DNA of 64,000 bases. It comes from Carcharhinus longimanus (taxonomy: Eukaryota). Shown in pieces: positions 1-12,232 of this stretch. The stretch lies in NCBI GenBank assembly GCA_030264375.1, contig JASCQW010000072.1:47866207-47930206 (forward strand), in the 5' to 3' direction. Each line of letters opens with the position of its first letter. The first letter of the stretch is position 1. The notes below the pieces were generated by a model. That model had not been told where the DNA came from. It ran no database searches and worked only from the letters and a program-made list of their open reading frames with translations. Made by a program: the position numbers and the translations under genes.

Positions 1-625
1 AGCTTGATTTCTAAGTCTTCAGCCAGTGCTGAAGCTATGCTGGGGTTCTTTAGCTTGGCCGCATTGATTCTTTTCATTACCTTGCTTCCTTGTGGTCACC
101 TCTTGGGTCTGATGCGGAGCCTCATTTTGGAGACAATGACCCTGTGATCTGTCCAGCAGTCAGCTCCACATATGGTCTTGGTCACTCTGACATCCTGCCT
201 GTCTTTTCTCCTGACAATGACATAGCCGATAAGATGCCAATGCTCAGAGCAGGGGTGCATCCAGGAGGTCCTGTTACGGGTAGGCAGACGAAGATTGTGT
301 TGGTGATGAGGAGGTCGTGTGCTGCACAAGTCTTCTTTAAGAGTAGGCCATTACTGTTACACTTGCCCACTCCATGCCTCCCAATGACACCCTGCCAGAT
401 TGCAGAGTCAGACCCTACTCTTGCATTGAAATACCAAGCATGATCAGCTTGTCGGTACTGCTCACTGCTGATAGTAGGGTGTCTAGTTCTTCGTTGAACT
501 TGTCTTTCATCTCGTCCGGGTTGTTCATTGTGGGGACATAGGCAGTGATCAGGGTGGTTTAACTTCTGTTCTGTAGCGGAAGCTGTAGTGTCATAAGCCG
601 GTCATTCACATGCTTGGGCAGACTA
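1..625 (-). mobile_element. RTE-clade LINE fragment, AP endonuclease region, frameshifted
   Basis: Minus strand translates across frames to [11 protein letters not shown]...AYVPTM...FNARVGSD...[10 protein letters not shown]...TSWMHP...[12 protein letters not shown]...GADCWTDHRVIVSKMRL, typical of RTE endonucleases. Confidence 0.85.
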
Positions 626-1334
626 TCATGGTTCCAAACAAGGTGACTCCAGACTACAGCCATATGCTGAAAAATCAAGACAACATTCAGGCTTGGGTTC
701 TTTGACATTTGTGCCACAAGTGTCTGGCAATGACCATCCCCAACAAGAGAGAATTTGACAATCTCCCTTTAATGTTCTATAGCACACAACCCCACTGTCA
801 ACATCTAGGGCATTGGGAGGAGGGGGGCCACTGACTAGAAACAGAACCATCTGCACCCCATAAAATTCATCCCCAAATGTAAGAAAGAAAGACAGTTACA
901 AAAAAGCATCTTTTAAAAAATGCTATCCCCAAACAATGACACCAGGCTATTAAAGAAAGAAAATAATAAGGGGCAGGATAATGGGAAGAAGTGAGGCAAG
1001 GAGGCAGGCAAAGCAAAGTCCTGACCTTCAATTATAAGTACTTCCAGGTGAGCTTTTAAAGCATGGTCCTTTGTGTATGAAAACACACGAATATGTCACT
1101 TCAAGCAAGCAGAAATGAGCCACGTTACGAGTTAGACTGATTTTCTTAAATTGGTTGTTAATGTGGCTACTAGAGCACTTAGGATTGTTCGGCAACTGCT
1201 ACCCAATTGCTGAATCACATGTAGCTGTAGAAATTTTTGTTTTGGATCAAACACAGGTGTCCCTTCTCTGCAAACAAAAAGAATATGTGTAAATCTTGTG
1301 TCATTTTTGAATTAACAAGAAATCTGGGTAGCCG

Positions 1335-1503
1335 ATAGTTCTCCGTTGCCCTCACCACAGCAATCCCTTGGCCAGGGTCCACCTGCCAATCAATCAGCAC
1401 TCTTTTCTCCTGTAGTATAAACTGCTGTGATAGTTTGAAATTTAGCATTTGTCCTGCTGAGTGCAAGACAACAAGCTTTGGCAACATGTCTCTCTTTTCA
1501 GCA
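1335..1503 (+). mobile_element. Penelope-like terminal repeat remnant with degenerate hammerhead motif
   Basis: ttgtc-CTGcTGA-gtgcaagac-aacaagcttt-ggcaa at 1449-1484 has hammerhead layout with a pairing stem I but a mutated core. Confidence 0.5.
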
Positions 1504-2606
1504 ACTTCAAAAGTACTTCATTAGTTACAAAACACTTTTAAGACATTGAGGCTGTAAAGGACCCTATATAAGTACCAGTAATTTGTTTTCCTCCTTTAAA
1601 GTTATTTTTAATTCCTCAGTCATATTCATATTGAATTATCTGGAGGATTTCAGTTTGCATGCGGTGAAAGCTTTAACAAAATTAATTACGTATCCAGAGA
1701 GGCGATAATTTTGGGAATTCTGGGAATTCATCAAATATACTGAAATAAAATTATTTTGTCAGTCACTGTATTCCAAAATTCAATAATCTGACTGGCTGCT
1801 TTGGATGCTTTCAGTCTACTGAGGACAGTCAAGCCCCATTGGGCATGACCTCACGTGGCAGAAACATGAGAAAGCCCATCAACAAATCACCCTCTTACAC
1901 GTGTGAATACAGTTCCCCATTATTGATCATGCATGCATAGTCATTTGTTAAAGGTGCAAAGGAACAGAGAAAATACAGCAATGTCTTCAGACTGCAGCTA
2001 CAGAATAGTATGAATAGTTACACCTTAGGAACTCAGGACTCAACCTGCAGACCCAGCCCTCAGATTAACCCAAAAACCACCAGTCCTGAGTATGAAACAG
2101 AGTGCTCAATATTGTGACAAAATAATCACATGCAGATACCTAGAAAAACCACAATCTTACTATGGGTTTTTCACGCATAAAAGCTTTTGAGGGTTAAACC
2201 AGATGATACAGAAGTAAAAAAGGGGTGGGTTTAATGGCACTAGATTGAGTAGCACTAAAGGGACATTGTTCCAGGAGTCAAAAGCGAGCATGGTCATGTG
2301 TCATTTTGTTACAATGCTATCACATGAAAGTCAGGTCACATTTCAATGTCATCTATTAGATGTTTGTAAACAATACTAAGGTTTTTTTGTCAAGTGTGTG
2401 AGAGAGTAAAGACAAGTGAAAATAAATGTTGCAGGACTAAAGCAAATCAGTAATTCCTGGAATGCTATATACAGTAGCTCTGTCAAACTCTGAAAATAAG
2501 GGGGAAAAAAAGATTACCACCTCTATCAGAACTAGAAACCAGAAGGAAAGTGAATCCTCTCGCAGGTCTGAAAACAAAACTGAGGGTGAAGAACATTAGG
2601 GAGTTG

Positions 2607-2885
2607 TTTATTTGTATTCTTTCATGGGTATCACTGGCATTTGTTGCCTATCCCTAATTGCCATCATATCTGGCCCAGCACAGGACGTGTGTGAAGACAT
2701 ATCCAGATGGGTTTTTATAACAATTGATAATAGTTTCATGGTCACCATTACTGAGACTAGTTTTATATTGAATTTAAATTCCACCAACAGTTGTGGTGGG
2801 ATTTGAACCAATGTCCCCACAGCATTAGCCTGGGTCTCTGGATTACTAGTCTAATGACATTACCACTGCACAATCATCTTTCCCA
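2607..2885 (-). mobile_element. tRNA-derived SINE (family shared with 7149-7495), internally deleted
   Basis: Reverse complement has a tRNA-like head (gtggtaatgtcattagactagtaatccagag...ggttcaaatccc) and the same tail as 7149-7495. Confidence 0.75.
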
Positions 2886-3368
2886 AGTTAACTATAATGG
2901 CGGTTGACTCCCATTACAGGGAAACAGTCAATGGGCAATAGCCAGAATTAGAAAGGCCTATAAGAGGTGCAACTTGATGAATGAGGTACAAAGATGGTCT
3001 CACTGAGGCAACGAAATGGCATCAAACGAACAACAGCAAAGTGGGTGAATGAAAAAGTCATACAAAATACACACACAAACTTTTAAAGCGGAGATCAATG
3101 GAGCAATCATGAAAAAGTGGGAAATAAAAACAGAAAATGCGCAAAATACATAACAGGTCCATCAGTGTCCCAAGATGTGCCAACGGTCCAGTTACAGGTT
3201 CCCTGCCAGAACAGTCTGCATCCAAAATATGAACCTGACTCTCCTACCTCAGGGATCAATCTACAGTGCATTCCAAGCAGCCCATCCCAGTTTCAAGATA
3301 ATGCAACAGCTTGTTAAAGTCCAAGTCGCTGAAGTTAAATGTTCAAATCAGGGGAATGAAGGACACTA

Positions 3369-3940
3369 GGGCGGCATGGTGGCACAGTGGTTAGTACTGC
3401 TGCCTCAGAGCATCAAGGACCTGGGTTCAATTTCAGCCTTGGGTGACTGTGTGGAATTTTCAAATTCTCCCGTGGCTGTGTGGGTTTCTTTCAGGTGCTC
3501 CAATTTCCTCCCATAGTCCAAAGATGTGTAAGTTAAGTGGACTGGCCATCTGGTGCTATGTAATGAGGCGGGTAGAATTAGGGACCTTGCGGTGAAGGAT
3601 CCTCTTGGGGAGAGTGATCATTGTNNNNNNNNNNNNNNNNNNNNNNNNNNNNNNNNNNNNNNNNNNNNNNNNNNNNNNNNNNNNNNNNNNNNNNNNNNNN
3701 NNNNNNNNNNNNNNNNNNNNNNNNAGCCATGATCTTATTGAATGGCGGGGCAGGCTCGAAGGGCCAGATGGCCTACTCCTGCTCCTATTTCTTATGTAAA
3801 TTGACTCTTAGTGTCCAGCGATGTGAAGGTTAGGTATGGTAAATGTAGGGTTACGGGGGAGAGGAGATACTCTATCAAAGAGTTAGCACAGATTCCATGG
3901 GTCAAAAGGCCTCCTTCTGTATTGTAGGTATTCTTCTATG
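3369..3940 (+). mobile_element. HE1-type SINE interrupted by a CR1 insertion (about 3550-3797, containing a gap)
   Basis: Head gggcggcatggtggcacagtggttag. SINE body resumes at taaattg after the CR1 3' end ctcctgctcctatttcttatg. Confidence 0.85.
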
Positions 3941-4264
3941 AGAGGAGAAATGAGAAGGTATTTCTGAAGCTTATTTGGAATAGTAGTGCAGAGTGCAAGT
4001 AGAAAAGTAAAAGTGGTGTGCAACAGAGAACTATCAAAAAGGTCAGGGAAAATGTTTTATGGAAAGTACTGGACATGAAGAAAAGAAGCTAGAGGTTATG
4101 TTTGCTCTCCAGACTGACACTGCAGTCATGGAAGAGGAAACCGAGGTCCAAAGGCTGTTAAATCAGTGAGTGCAAGATACATACAAAGACTAGGCAGTTG
4201 AGAATTTTTAAATTTATTTGGGGGAGAATTTTATCCAAGGATACCAACCAAAGGAAATAAGGTT

Positions 4265-4660
4265 AGAACAGAAATATAGGAACAACAGTGGGCCATTCAG
4301 CTCCTCAAGTCTGTAGGTCAGATGTGGCTGATCTGAACGTAAACTTAATTTTCAATATCTCGTTCTGTATCCTTTAAAATCTATCAAATTCAGTTTCAAA
4401 ATTTTCAATGTGCAGAACCTCAACAGCTTTTTGAAAGATGAAAATTCCATATCTCTACTAGCTTTTTGTGTGAAGAACTACTTCCTGACACAACCGCTGA
4501 AGGGCTTAGCTCTGATATTAAGGTTATGCCTCCTTGTTCAAAAACGCTCCCAACGCATTAGTTTCTCTCTATCCTTACAAATTATTTAATCACCTTGAGC
4601 ACCTTATTTAGCTTACCTCTTAATCTTCAACATTCAAGGGACTACAAATCTAGTCTATGC
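4265..4660 (-). mobile_element. CR1 LINE 3' end, degenerate
   Basis: Antisense CR1 tail (ggccattcagctcctcaagtctg) and ORF2 C-terminal motifs. Confidence 0.65.
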
Positions 4661-4669
4661 AACTGTGTT

Positions 4670-5290
4670 CTTTCATCAGATGTAGACATCACTGGTGAAG
4701 TCAGTATTAACTGCTTATCCTTAACTGTCCTCAAGAATGGTGAACTGCTTTCTGGAACTGCTGCACGCCATGTTATGTAGATACATCCATAAATCTGTTA
4801 AGCAGAAGGTTCCAGGTTTTTGAACCAACAACAGTGAAGGACTGTCAATATATTTCTGGGATGACTTGAGATTTTGAGATGGACTTGCATGTGCTCTCAC
4901 GTGCCTACTGCTCTTGTTCTTCTAGGTGGTACTGGTCAAAGATTTGGAAGGTACTCTTAAAGAAAACATTTGGCAAGTTGCAAGGAACCTTGCAGATCAT
5001 ACATACTGCATCCATGGGTGCACCAGTGGGGGAGGGTATCATTATTTAACACAGTGGATGGGGCACAATCAAGCAAGCTGTTTTGTCATGGTTGGTATCG
5101 AGCTCAAGTATTGTTGCCGCATTTATTCAGACAAGTAGACAGCATTTTATCATACTGCTACCTTGTAGAAGGTGGAAAGACTTTGGGCATTCAGGAGGTG
5201 TTCTCCAGCCAGTCCCTGACCTGCTTTGTAACTATTTGTGGTACTGTACAAGTAGTGCCATAATGTTTCTAGTCTATGGTGAAGTGAATT
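4670..5290 (-). mobile_element. CR1-like LINE 3' fragment (same family as 7690-9810)
   Basis: Reverse complement resembles the MEYSPLAW/QDKAA region and tail seen at 9355-9810. Confidence 0.6.
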
Positions 5291-5767
5291 AGAATTTTAG
5301 ACCCCTAGAAACATTGAATGAAATTTCCAACTTTGCAGTTTGTGAATTTGCTAAACAACCTTTCTTGTGAAATATAAATGATAATTTATAACTCTCTGTG
5401 ACATATCCTCTAACGGTAGGTTGGCTTTCCTTTTGCAACAACTGGCGATTGTGATGCAATATCTCTGATACCAGATAGCATTGGGAGACCGTTTAAACCA
5501 TTAGGGAGGCAAATTATCTTTGCAAATAGTTGTCAAAATAACTTCTTACTTTTGCCTGTCAATAAATAATTCACATTTTATTTTCATTTTCAATCCAAGT
5601 TTATAACTCAAGAATAATAGGAACAAAATTGTTTCCTTATATTAGTAAAATGTAGTCAATTGTTAGATGAATAAAAGAAAAAATTGAAGTTGAATTTCAG
5701 ACAGTTTTAACAGATGATATGTAAACAAAACAAAATGATGCACTCTGATTAAAACTCAAAAATAATG

Positions 5768-6365
5768 GGGGCGAGTCTTCTAGCCAAGCAGCGCAGTGAG
5801 CCAGGAGATTCGAGCGGAGGCCATTTTGCAAGCCCCCTGCTGGACGCCACGGCTTCTGCAAGTCTCCGGCAGCCAAATTTCTGGTGCTGTCAGCTCCGTG
5901 CCAGAAATCAACGCAGAGCTGCATAAATTATCATTCAAATATCATTAATAGGCCTGGGACTGAAATCTCCAAGCCCGCTAGCGTTCTCCCCCAGGAATGC
6001 TTCACTCCAGTAGGGTTTAGTATAACTTTCCACTTGTAGGGAACAGGCCTGGGGAGGAGGGGAGAGGGAGAGCGTCACAGCTGGTGATGCAGGGCTGGTC
6101 ACTGATTGGGAGACCGGCAGTGTGGGGTTATTGTGCATGTGTCGATCTTGGCGCTGACAGATCAACGCATGCACAGTGGCCCATTCAGCACTATGCTAAG
6201 CCTCTCCAGTGGGAATATACCACTGATTTCTGGGCTGATTTACGCTAGTGTACTCCGCAGTGCACAGAGTGTGGGAGATTCATTTTGAAACTCCCGCTGA
6301 AAAAGCAGCATAATTTATACCAGTTTTTACGCCAATCCAACACTTAGAATTGGGAGAATCGCCCC
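5768..6365. mobile_element. Non-autonomous Harbinger-like DNA transposon (MITE), about 600 bp
   Basis: Terminal inverted repeats ggggcgagtcttc / ggagaatcgcccc (11/13 match). GC-rich interior is homologous to 21690-22880. Confidence 0.7.
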
Positions 6366-7148
6366 TACTGATTAAGAAATCTCCTTATGTTGCACATTCA
6401 TTAATTAGATTGGGGAAATGAAATTTGAAGAGATAGCCCACAGTTTCATGGTAAATCAAGTAAAAAGGGTGATATAATTAGCTTAGCAATTAACTCTGAA
6501 TTGTATATTGCTGTGAACTACCAGTGAAGTGATCTGTTCTTAGAAGGAAAGTTTTGCCAGTCTGCTTATGGCATAGAGCACCAATCGATCGTGAAATGAT
6601 GACCAGTGCGATAGTAATTATATTATGGTGTTGTAACCAGTTCCTTTTAAATTGAGAAGTTAGGTGAAGATCAACATCCCTGGTGCCAAATGCCACTGAG
6701 GTTTACAGCAGCAGAAAAGATCATGAGGCAGATCTAATCACGGTAATTAGATGATGTCAAACATGAATTTTAAAAACCTAAAGCATTTACACGGAAGAGA
6801 AAGTAAAAGAGAGAAAGACATTTCACAGTTCCGGAGTCTTTGGAAAGAACAAGTGAGAATTCAAAACATGTTCATGAAAAAGTTAGTTAGAATAGATGAT
6901 GATGGTCCAGTTTTATATTAACAACAACAATAGGGCTACAGCACTCTGTTAATAAGGAGTAAATTGAATAGCAATTTGCACTGTTCACAGATAAACAGGA
7001 ATATCAGAAAGTTTCTATCTGATTTGCTCTGCACCTTCACAAGTTTTGCTTCAAGTACATGATGCGAAGGCACTTATCCACTACATAAGATAGCAAATGT
7101 TAGAGTTCAGCCAACTGAGCACGAGTGTCTTATTATCAAACAAATAGG

Positions 7149-7495
7149 AGAGGCAATGGCATAGTGGTATTATCTGATGACTATTAATCCAGAAACTCAG
7201 CTAATATTCTGGGAACCCGAGTTTGAATCCTGCCATGGCATATGGTGGAATTTGAAATCAATTTTAAAAATCTGGAATTAAGAATCTACTGATGACCATG
7301 AAATCATTGTTCATTGCCAGAAAAACCCTTGTGTTCACTAATGTCCTTTAGGAAAGGAAATCTGTCATCCTTACCCAGTCTGGCCTACATGTGATTCCAA
7401 AGCTATAGCAATGTGGTTGACTCTCAACTGCCCTCTGAGCAAGGGCAACTAGGGATAGGAAATAAATGCTGGTCAGCACGAATGAATAAAAAAAC
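7149..7495 (+). mobile_element. tRNA-derived SINE with a LINE-derived tail
   Basis: A/B-box-like head (tggcatagtggt...gagtttgaatcc), tail gggcaactagggat...aataaatgctgg...gaataaaaaaa. Other copies at 2607-2885 and 41306-41492. Confidence 0.8.
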
Positions 7496-7810
7496 CCTGG
7501 CACTGAAAAACTTACTTTTACAAGTGTGGAATCCTATTCCGTTGATTTTAATTATTGAAGATTTTATAAAAATTAATTACAACATTGTTTTATAACTTAT
7601 CTGTCTTTCCTAATTCAATCTTTCTATTTTGTGTTTTGTTCAAAATTTTAGGCCCATAACTATAGTATCCTCATTTGAAGACTGGGGTGAGGCACACCAT
7701 TGCAAAAGGCAAGGCCGAAGCATTCCCAACCATCTTCAGTCCGAAGTGCCACGTGTGGATGATCCATCTGGATATCACTGATGCTAGGCTTTAGCCAGTT
7801 CAAGAAACAG

Positions 7811-8062
7811 GGCGTTTGACAAAGTCCCTCATGGTAGGCTGGTAGAAAAGGTTAAGGCGCATGGGATACGAGGTCAGGTAGCTAGGTNNNNNNNNNNNNN
7901 NNNNNNNNNNNNNNNNNNNNNNNNNNNNNNNNNNNNNNNNNNNNNNNNNNNNNNNNNNNNNNNNNNNNNNNNNNNNNNNNNNNNNNNTGTAGGGTGATGC
8001 GGCGGCACGGGCTTGTTGGGCCGAAGGGCCTGTTTCCCGTGCTGGGTTGTTCTTTGTTCTTT
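7811..8062 (+). mobile_element. Young CR1 insertion spanning an assembly gap
   Basis: AFDKVPHGRLVEKVKAHGIRG, then an N-run, then CR1 3' tail. Flanked by direct repeat aaacag (7805-7810, 8063-8068). Confidence 0.8.
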
Positions 8063-8763
8063 AAACAGCTAAATGCACTGGATATAGTAAAGGTCTGGGT
8101 GCTGACAACATCCTGGCCATTGTACTGAAGATGTGTTCTCCAGAACTAACCACACCACTAACTAAGCTATTGCAGTACACCTATAATATTGGCAATTTCT
8201 CAACAATATGGAAAATTACCCAGGCATGATCGGTTCACAAAAACAGAACAAATGCAACACAGCCAAATACCAACCCATCTGTCTACTCTCAATCATCAGC
8301 TACATGATGAAAGGTATAATTGACAGTGCTATCAAGTGGCGATACTCATCAACAACCAGCTCACTGACACTCAGTTTGGGTTACGAGTCCCAAACATGGA
8401 CAAAAGAACAGAACTCCAAAGAGAGGTAAGACTGACTGCCCTTAACATGAAGGCAACATTTTGAAATTTCTTCTCCCCAAGGGTTGTGAATCTTTGAGAT
8501 TCTGTAATCAGAGGGTTGTGGATGCTCCATGGCTGTCTGTTTTTAAGACTAGTGTAAACAAATGTTTTGGCTCTCAGGAGAATGAATGGATATGGGGAAT
8601 AGGCAAGAAAGTAGAGTCGAAGCTCATTAGACATGATTGTATTGAATAGGCTCAATGGGCTACATGGTCAATTCTTGCTTTTATCTTGTATTGATTCTTG
8701 TGGCCAAACAGCAATGCCAAGGAGCCCTAGAACAACTGAAATCAGGATATCAGAATAGGAATA

Positions 8764-9104
8764 GGGTGGCACAATGATTAGTACGGCTGCCTCACAGCTC
8801 CAGGGACCCAGGTTCAATTCCAGTCTTGGGTGACTGTCTCAGTAGAGTTTGCATGCTCTCCCCGTGTCTGTGTGGGTTTCCTCGGGTGCTCTGGTTTCCT
8901 CCCACAGACCAAAGATATGCTGGCTAGGTGGATTGGCCATGCTAAATTGCCTCTTAGTGGCCCAAGGTGTGTAGGTTAGGTGGATTAGCCATGATAGATG
9001 TGTGGGGTTACATAGATAGAGCAGAAAAGATGGTCTGGATAAGATACGAGGTCAGAAAGTTGGTGCAGACTTGATGGCTTCTCCTGCACGGTAGGGATTC
9101 TATG
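8764..9104 (+). mobile_element. HE1-type SINE
   Basis: tRNA head, ccccgtgtctgtgtgggtttcct body, CR1-like tail ending gggattctatg. Confidence 0.85.
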
Positions 9105-11835
9105 AAAAAGAAACACTATTAGTTAAGGGACATACCTAGTACAGAGGAAGATGGCTGTGATTGTTGGTGCAGTTCCTCAAGAAAGTGCTTTCAGCCCAAC
9201 AATTTTCAGCTACTTTATCAGTTTCCCTCTATCATAAGGTCAGAAATGGGAATGTTAGATGATGACTAGTCATGGCTCCTCAGATTCTGAACCAGATTAT
9301 GCAGGAACACCAGGATTGATAAGTGTAAGTGACATTTGTACCAGACAATAACCCATGTTCCCAACAAGAGAGGTTAACCATCTCCACTTCATTCACTGGC
9401 ATTACCATCACCAAATCCCCACCATCAACATCCTTGGGGTTACCATTGAACAGAAGCTGAACTGGAGCAGCCATATACACACTGTGGCTATAAGAACAGA
9501 TCAGAGGTTGGGAACTTTGCAGCATGTAACTCATCTTTTCACTCCACAAAGCCTGTCCACCACCGACATGACACAAGTCAGGAGTGTGATGGAATACTCT
9601 CCACTTGCCTGGATGAGTGCAGCTCAATAACACTCAAGAAACTCGACACCGTCCAGGACAAAGCAGCTTGATAAACACCCTATCCACCATCTTACATGTT
9701 CACTCCCTCCATTATCAATGGACAGCAGCAACATGTGCAGGATAGCAACTCACTAGAAATCAATTAACAAAGCCTTCCAAAACTGAGGCCTCTATCAACT
9801 AGGACAGGGCAAAGAATCTTATCTCATAAAATTTGTAGAGCTATATTTTACTTTGTCTTTGTAAAAATTACACATTCTGGCCACTTTTACTACCCAAAAA
9901 GTGACGTCCCTACCTCATATCACTCATTTTAAAAATCTACATGTTGTATGAACAACTGCATACTGGGAAATGCTGCTATCGTTATTTTCAGCCATTAAGC
10001 GATTAATTTAGTTAAGTAAAAAGATAGCGGCTGCTTATGCCCAACTGCTGGTTTTCAGATGTTTTCAACAATTTATCATGAAGGGGAAGTTTGTTTCCCC
10101 CTGATTTATCATACATTTTAATGTGAAAAGGTTAACCCAAAGTCCCAGTTCCAACTAAACTTGGCTAACGTTTTTGTTTCCATTAGGAAGAGCCAATGTG
10201 TCAGTGTAACCTTTCCATCATTTTTTTTAGTTTTACCATATGTGAAACAAACAGTCCCTGGCTGCATTAAATTATATTTCTGACAACATGATGTGTTAAA
10301 AGGGGCGGCACTTTTAAACCGCTTCATCAAAACACATTGTGCTGCCAAGTGTGTCCAAAGTCAGTGGCAAAACTGCTGCACGAACAAAAGTACATTTTTC
10401 ATGAAGACGGTAACACTAATAGCGATCCAAGAAAAAAAATGGTGACAAGCACTGTAGTCACTTCCATTTGGGGGCTGAAAATAGAATGGGTACTGCTGCA
10501 CAAGGAGGCAGTAGAAAGCGACAGATAAATGGGTCATTAACCAGAGTCCAAACAACTCACTCAATTATGTTGCATACTGAACCGTGCACACCCGCCCACT
10601 TGTTGAATCCACCCCGAGCAAGGAAAGGCCGACATCATCACTTTCGTGATGTTACTACTTTCTGTTTTTATTCCACATCACGAAAGGACAGGGAGAGGAA
10701 GAGGCAGGAACCAAGTCAACAAATGCGAGAAATGTGGGGGGGAGGGGGAAGAGGCGGAAAATAAATGACTGCGTGCACCAAGTCCGTCGACATTCCTCAA
10801 GGATTCGATCAACGTTAATCTGCATCGTGCACAAAACTACACACACGTATATATACATACACACACAATCTAATTAAACAAACAGCACTGCCCAAGGATT
10901 TGGCTGCTCAGGGCAGCCTTTAACAGCACAAGAACAGAGCTACACAAGGATCTAATGCAGAGCAGAAATCCACTTACTGAGGAGTGGAGTCAGCCTAATC
11001 TAATGGCACAATTTTTGTAAACATGCTGGACTTCTCCGAACTTGTGAGCACTTCACATTGCCATGGAGACAGCAAGTAAAATCCAGTAGCAAACCTCTCG
11101 GTGCGGGAGCCACCGTGGGGGTGGCTAGGGAAGGCTTTTGCAAAGTCGCGTCGTCTTTAACTCGGAGTGATGATAATCCAAGACAGGAAATGTCAGAACT
11201 GAGCCTGTGCAAAATGGTCGGTTTGACAGTCACTGGTGAAAAAAAAACAGAGCGCAACCAAAAAAAAAGTTTCAGGTCCTGCCAATCGGACACCGTGAGT
11301 GAGTTCAGAGCAAAAACTTGAACCTCTGCCAAAATCAGCAAGCGCAGAATCCTGAGCAGCATTTCCCCAGTGTTTACCAGCCATTTATCCAACTGCTGGG
11401 TCACAAGAGAAATTTTACAAGGCAAACACCAGATGAAGTCTCTGGCCAGAGTGACCCTATAGGTCCAAAAGGTTTGGTTTTAAGACAGCTGTCGAGTGCT
11501 GGAAAGCTAACTCTAACCATTGGAAATCTGCAGCCTTGAGCTGCAGCCCTCCACTTTCTCCCCTTGCAAATCAAACACTTTGCCAGCAGTAAAATTAAAT
11601 CGATTGACTTAACATAATGTGTTACTGAAGCTAACTTTTGCTTTGCCAAGTACAGAACATCTCCCAACTCAAAGATAAACACTGGTAATTTGTCACTGAA
11701 AGATTTCAAATTTAAACTAGGAGCCTTTCAATGTAATGTTACTCAGTATAAACAATCAACATTATTAATCGATCTGTTTCAATAATATTAAATGGCAAAT
11801 TTTGGCTTTATTATACTAGCTTAATATTATACAAT

Positions 11836-12170
11836 CATAGAACTCTACGGTGCAGAAACAGGCCCTTCGGCCCATCGAGCCTGCACCGACCACAGTCCCA
11901 TCGAGGCCCTACCCCATATCCCTACATATTTTACCTGCTAATCCCTCTAACCTAAGCATCTCAAGACACTAAAGGGCAATTTTAACATGGCCAATCAATC
12001 TAACCCGCACATCTTTGGGCCGTGGGAGGAAACCAGAGCACCTGGAGGAAACCCACACAGACACGAGGAGAATGTGCAAACTCCACAAAGACTGACTCTA
12101 GCCGGGAATCGAACCCAGGTCCCTGGAGCTATGAAGCAGCAGTGCTAACCACTGTGCTATCGTGATGCCC
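11836..12170 (-). mobile_element. HE1-type SINE
   Basis: Full antisense copy with CR1-like tail. Confidence 0.88.
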
Positions 12171-12232
12171 ATTAAACGTAGGCTTTTTATCACTTGAATT
12201 TTGGATGTTTAAAAAACTATAAGCTGTGTGAG

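Larger units (their letters stand above)
7690..9810 (+). mobile_element. CR1-like LINE ORF2 remnant with nested CR1 pieces and an HE1 SINE
   Basis: Motifs KYQPICLLSIIS and INILGVTIEQKLNWSSHI...QVRSVMEYSPLAWMSAA. Interrupted at 7811-8062, about 8465-8700 and 8764-9104. Confidence 0.8.

Noticed and set aside
3369-3440. tRNA-like A/B box sequences (here and at other SINE heads)
   Set aside because: They are SINE heads that continue into SINE bodies, not tRNA genes.
11000-11709. ORFs 11000-11425 and 11401-11709 as alternative WNT4 exons
   Set aside because: No Wnt similarity and no clear splice signals.
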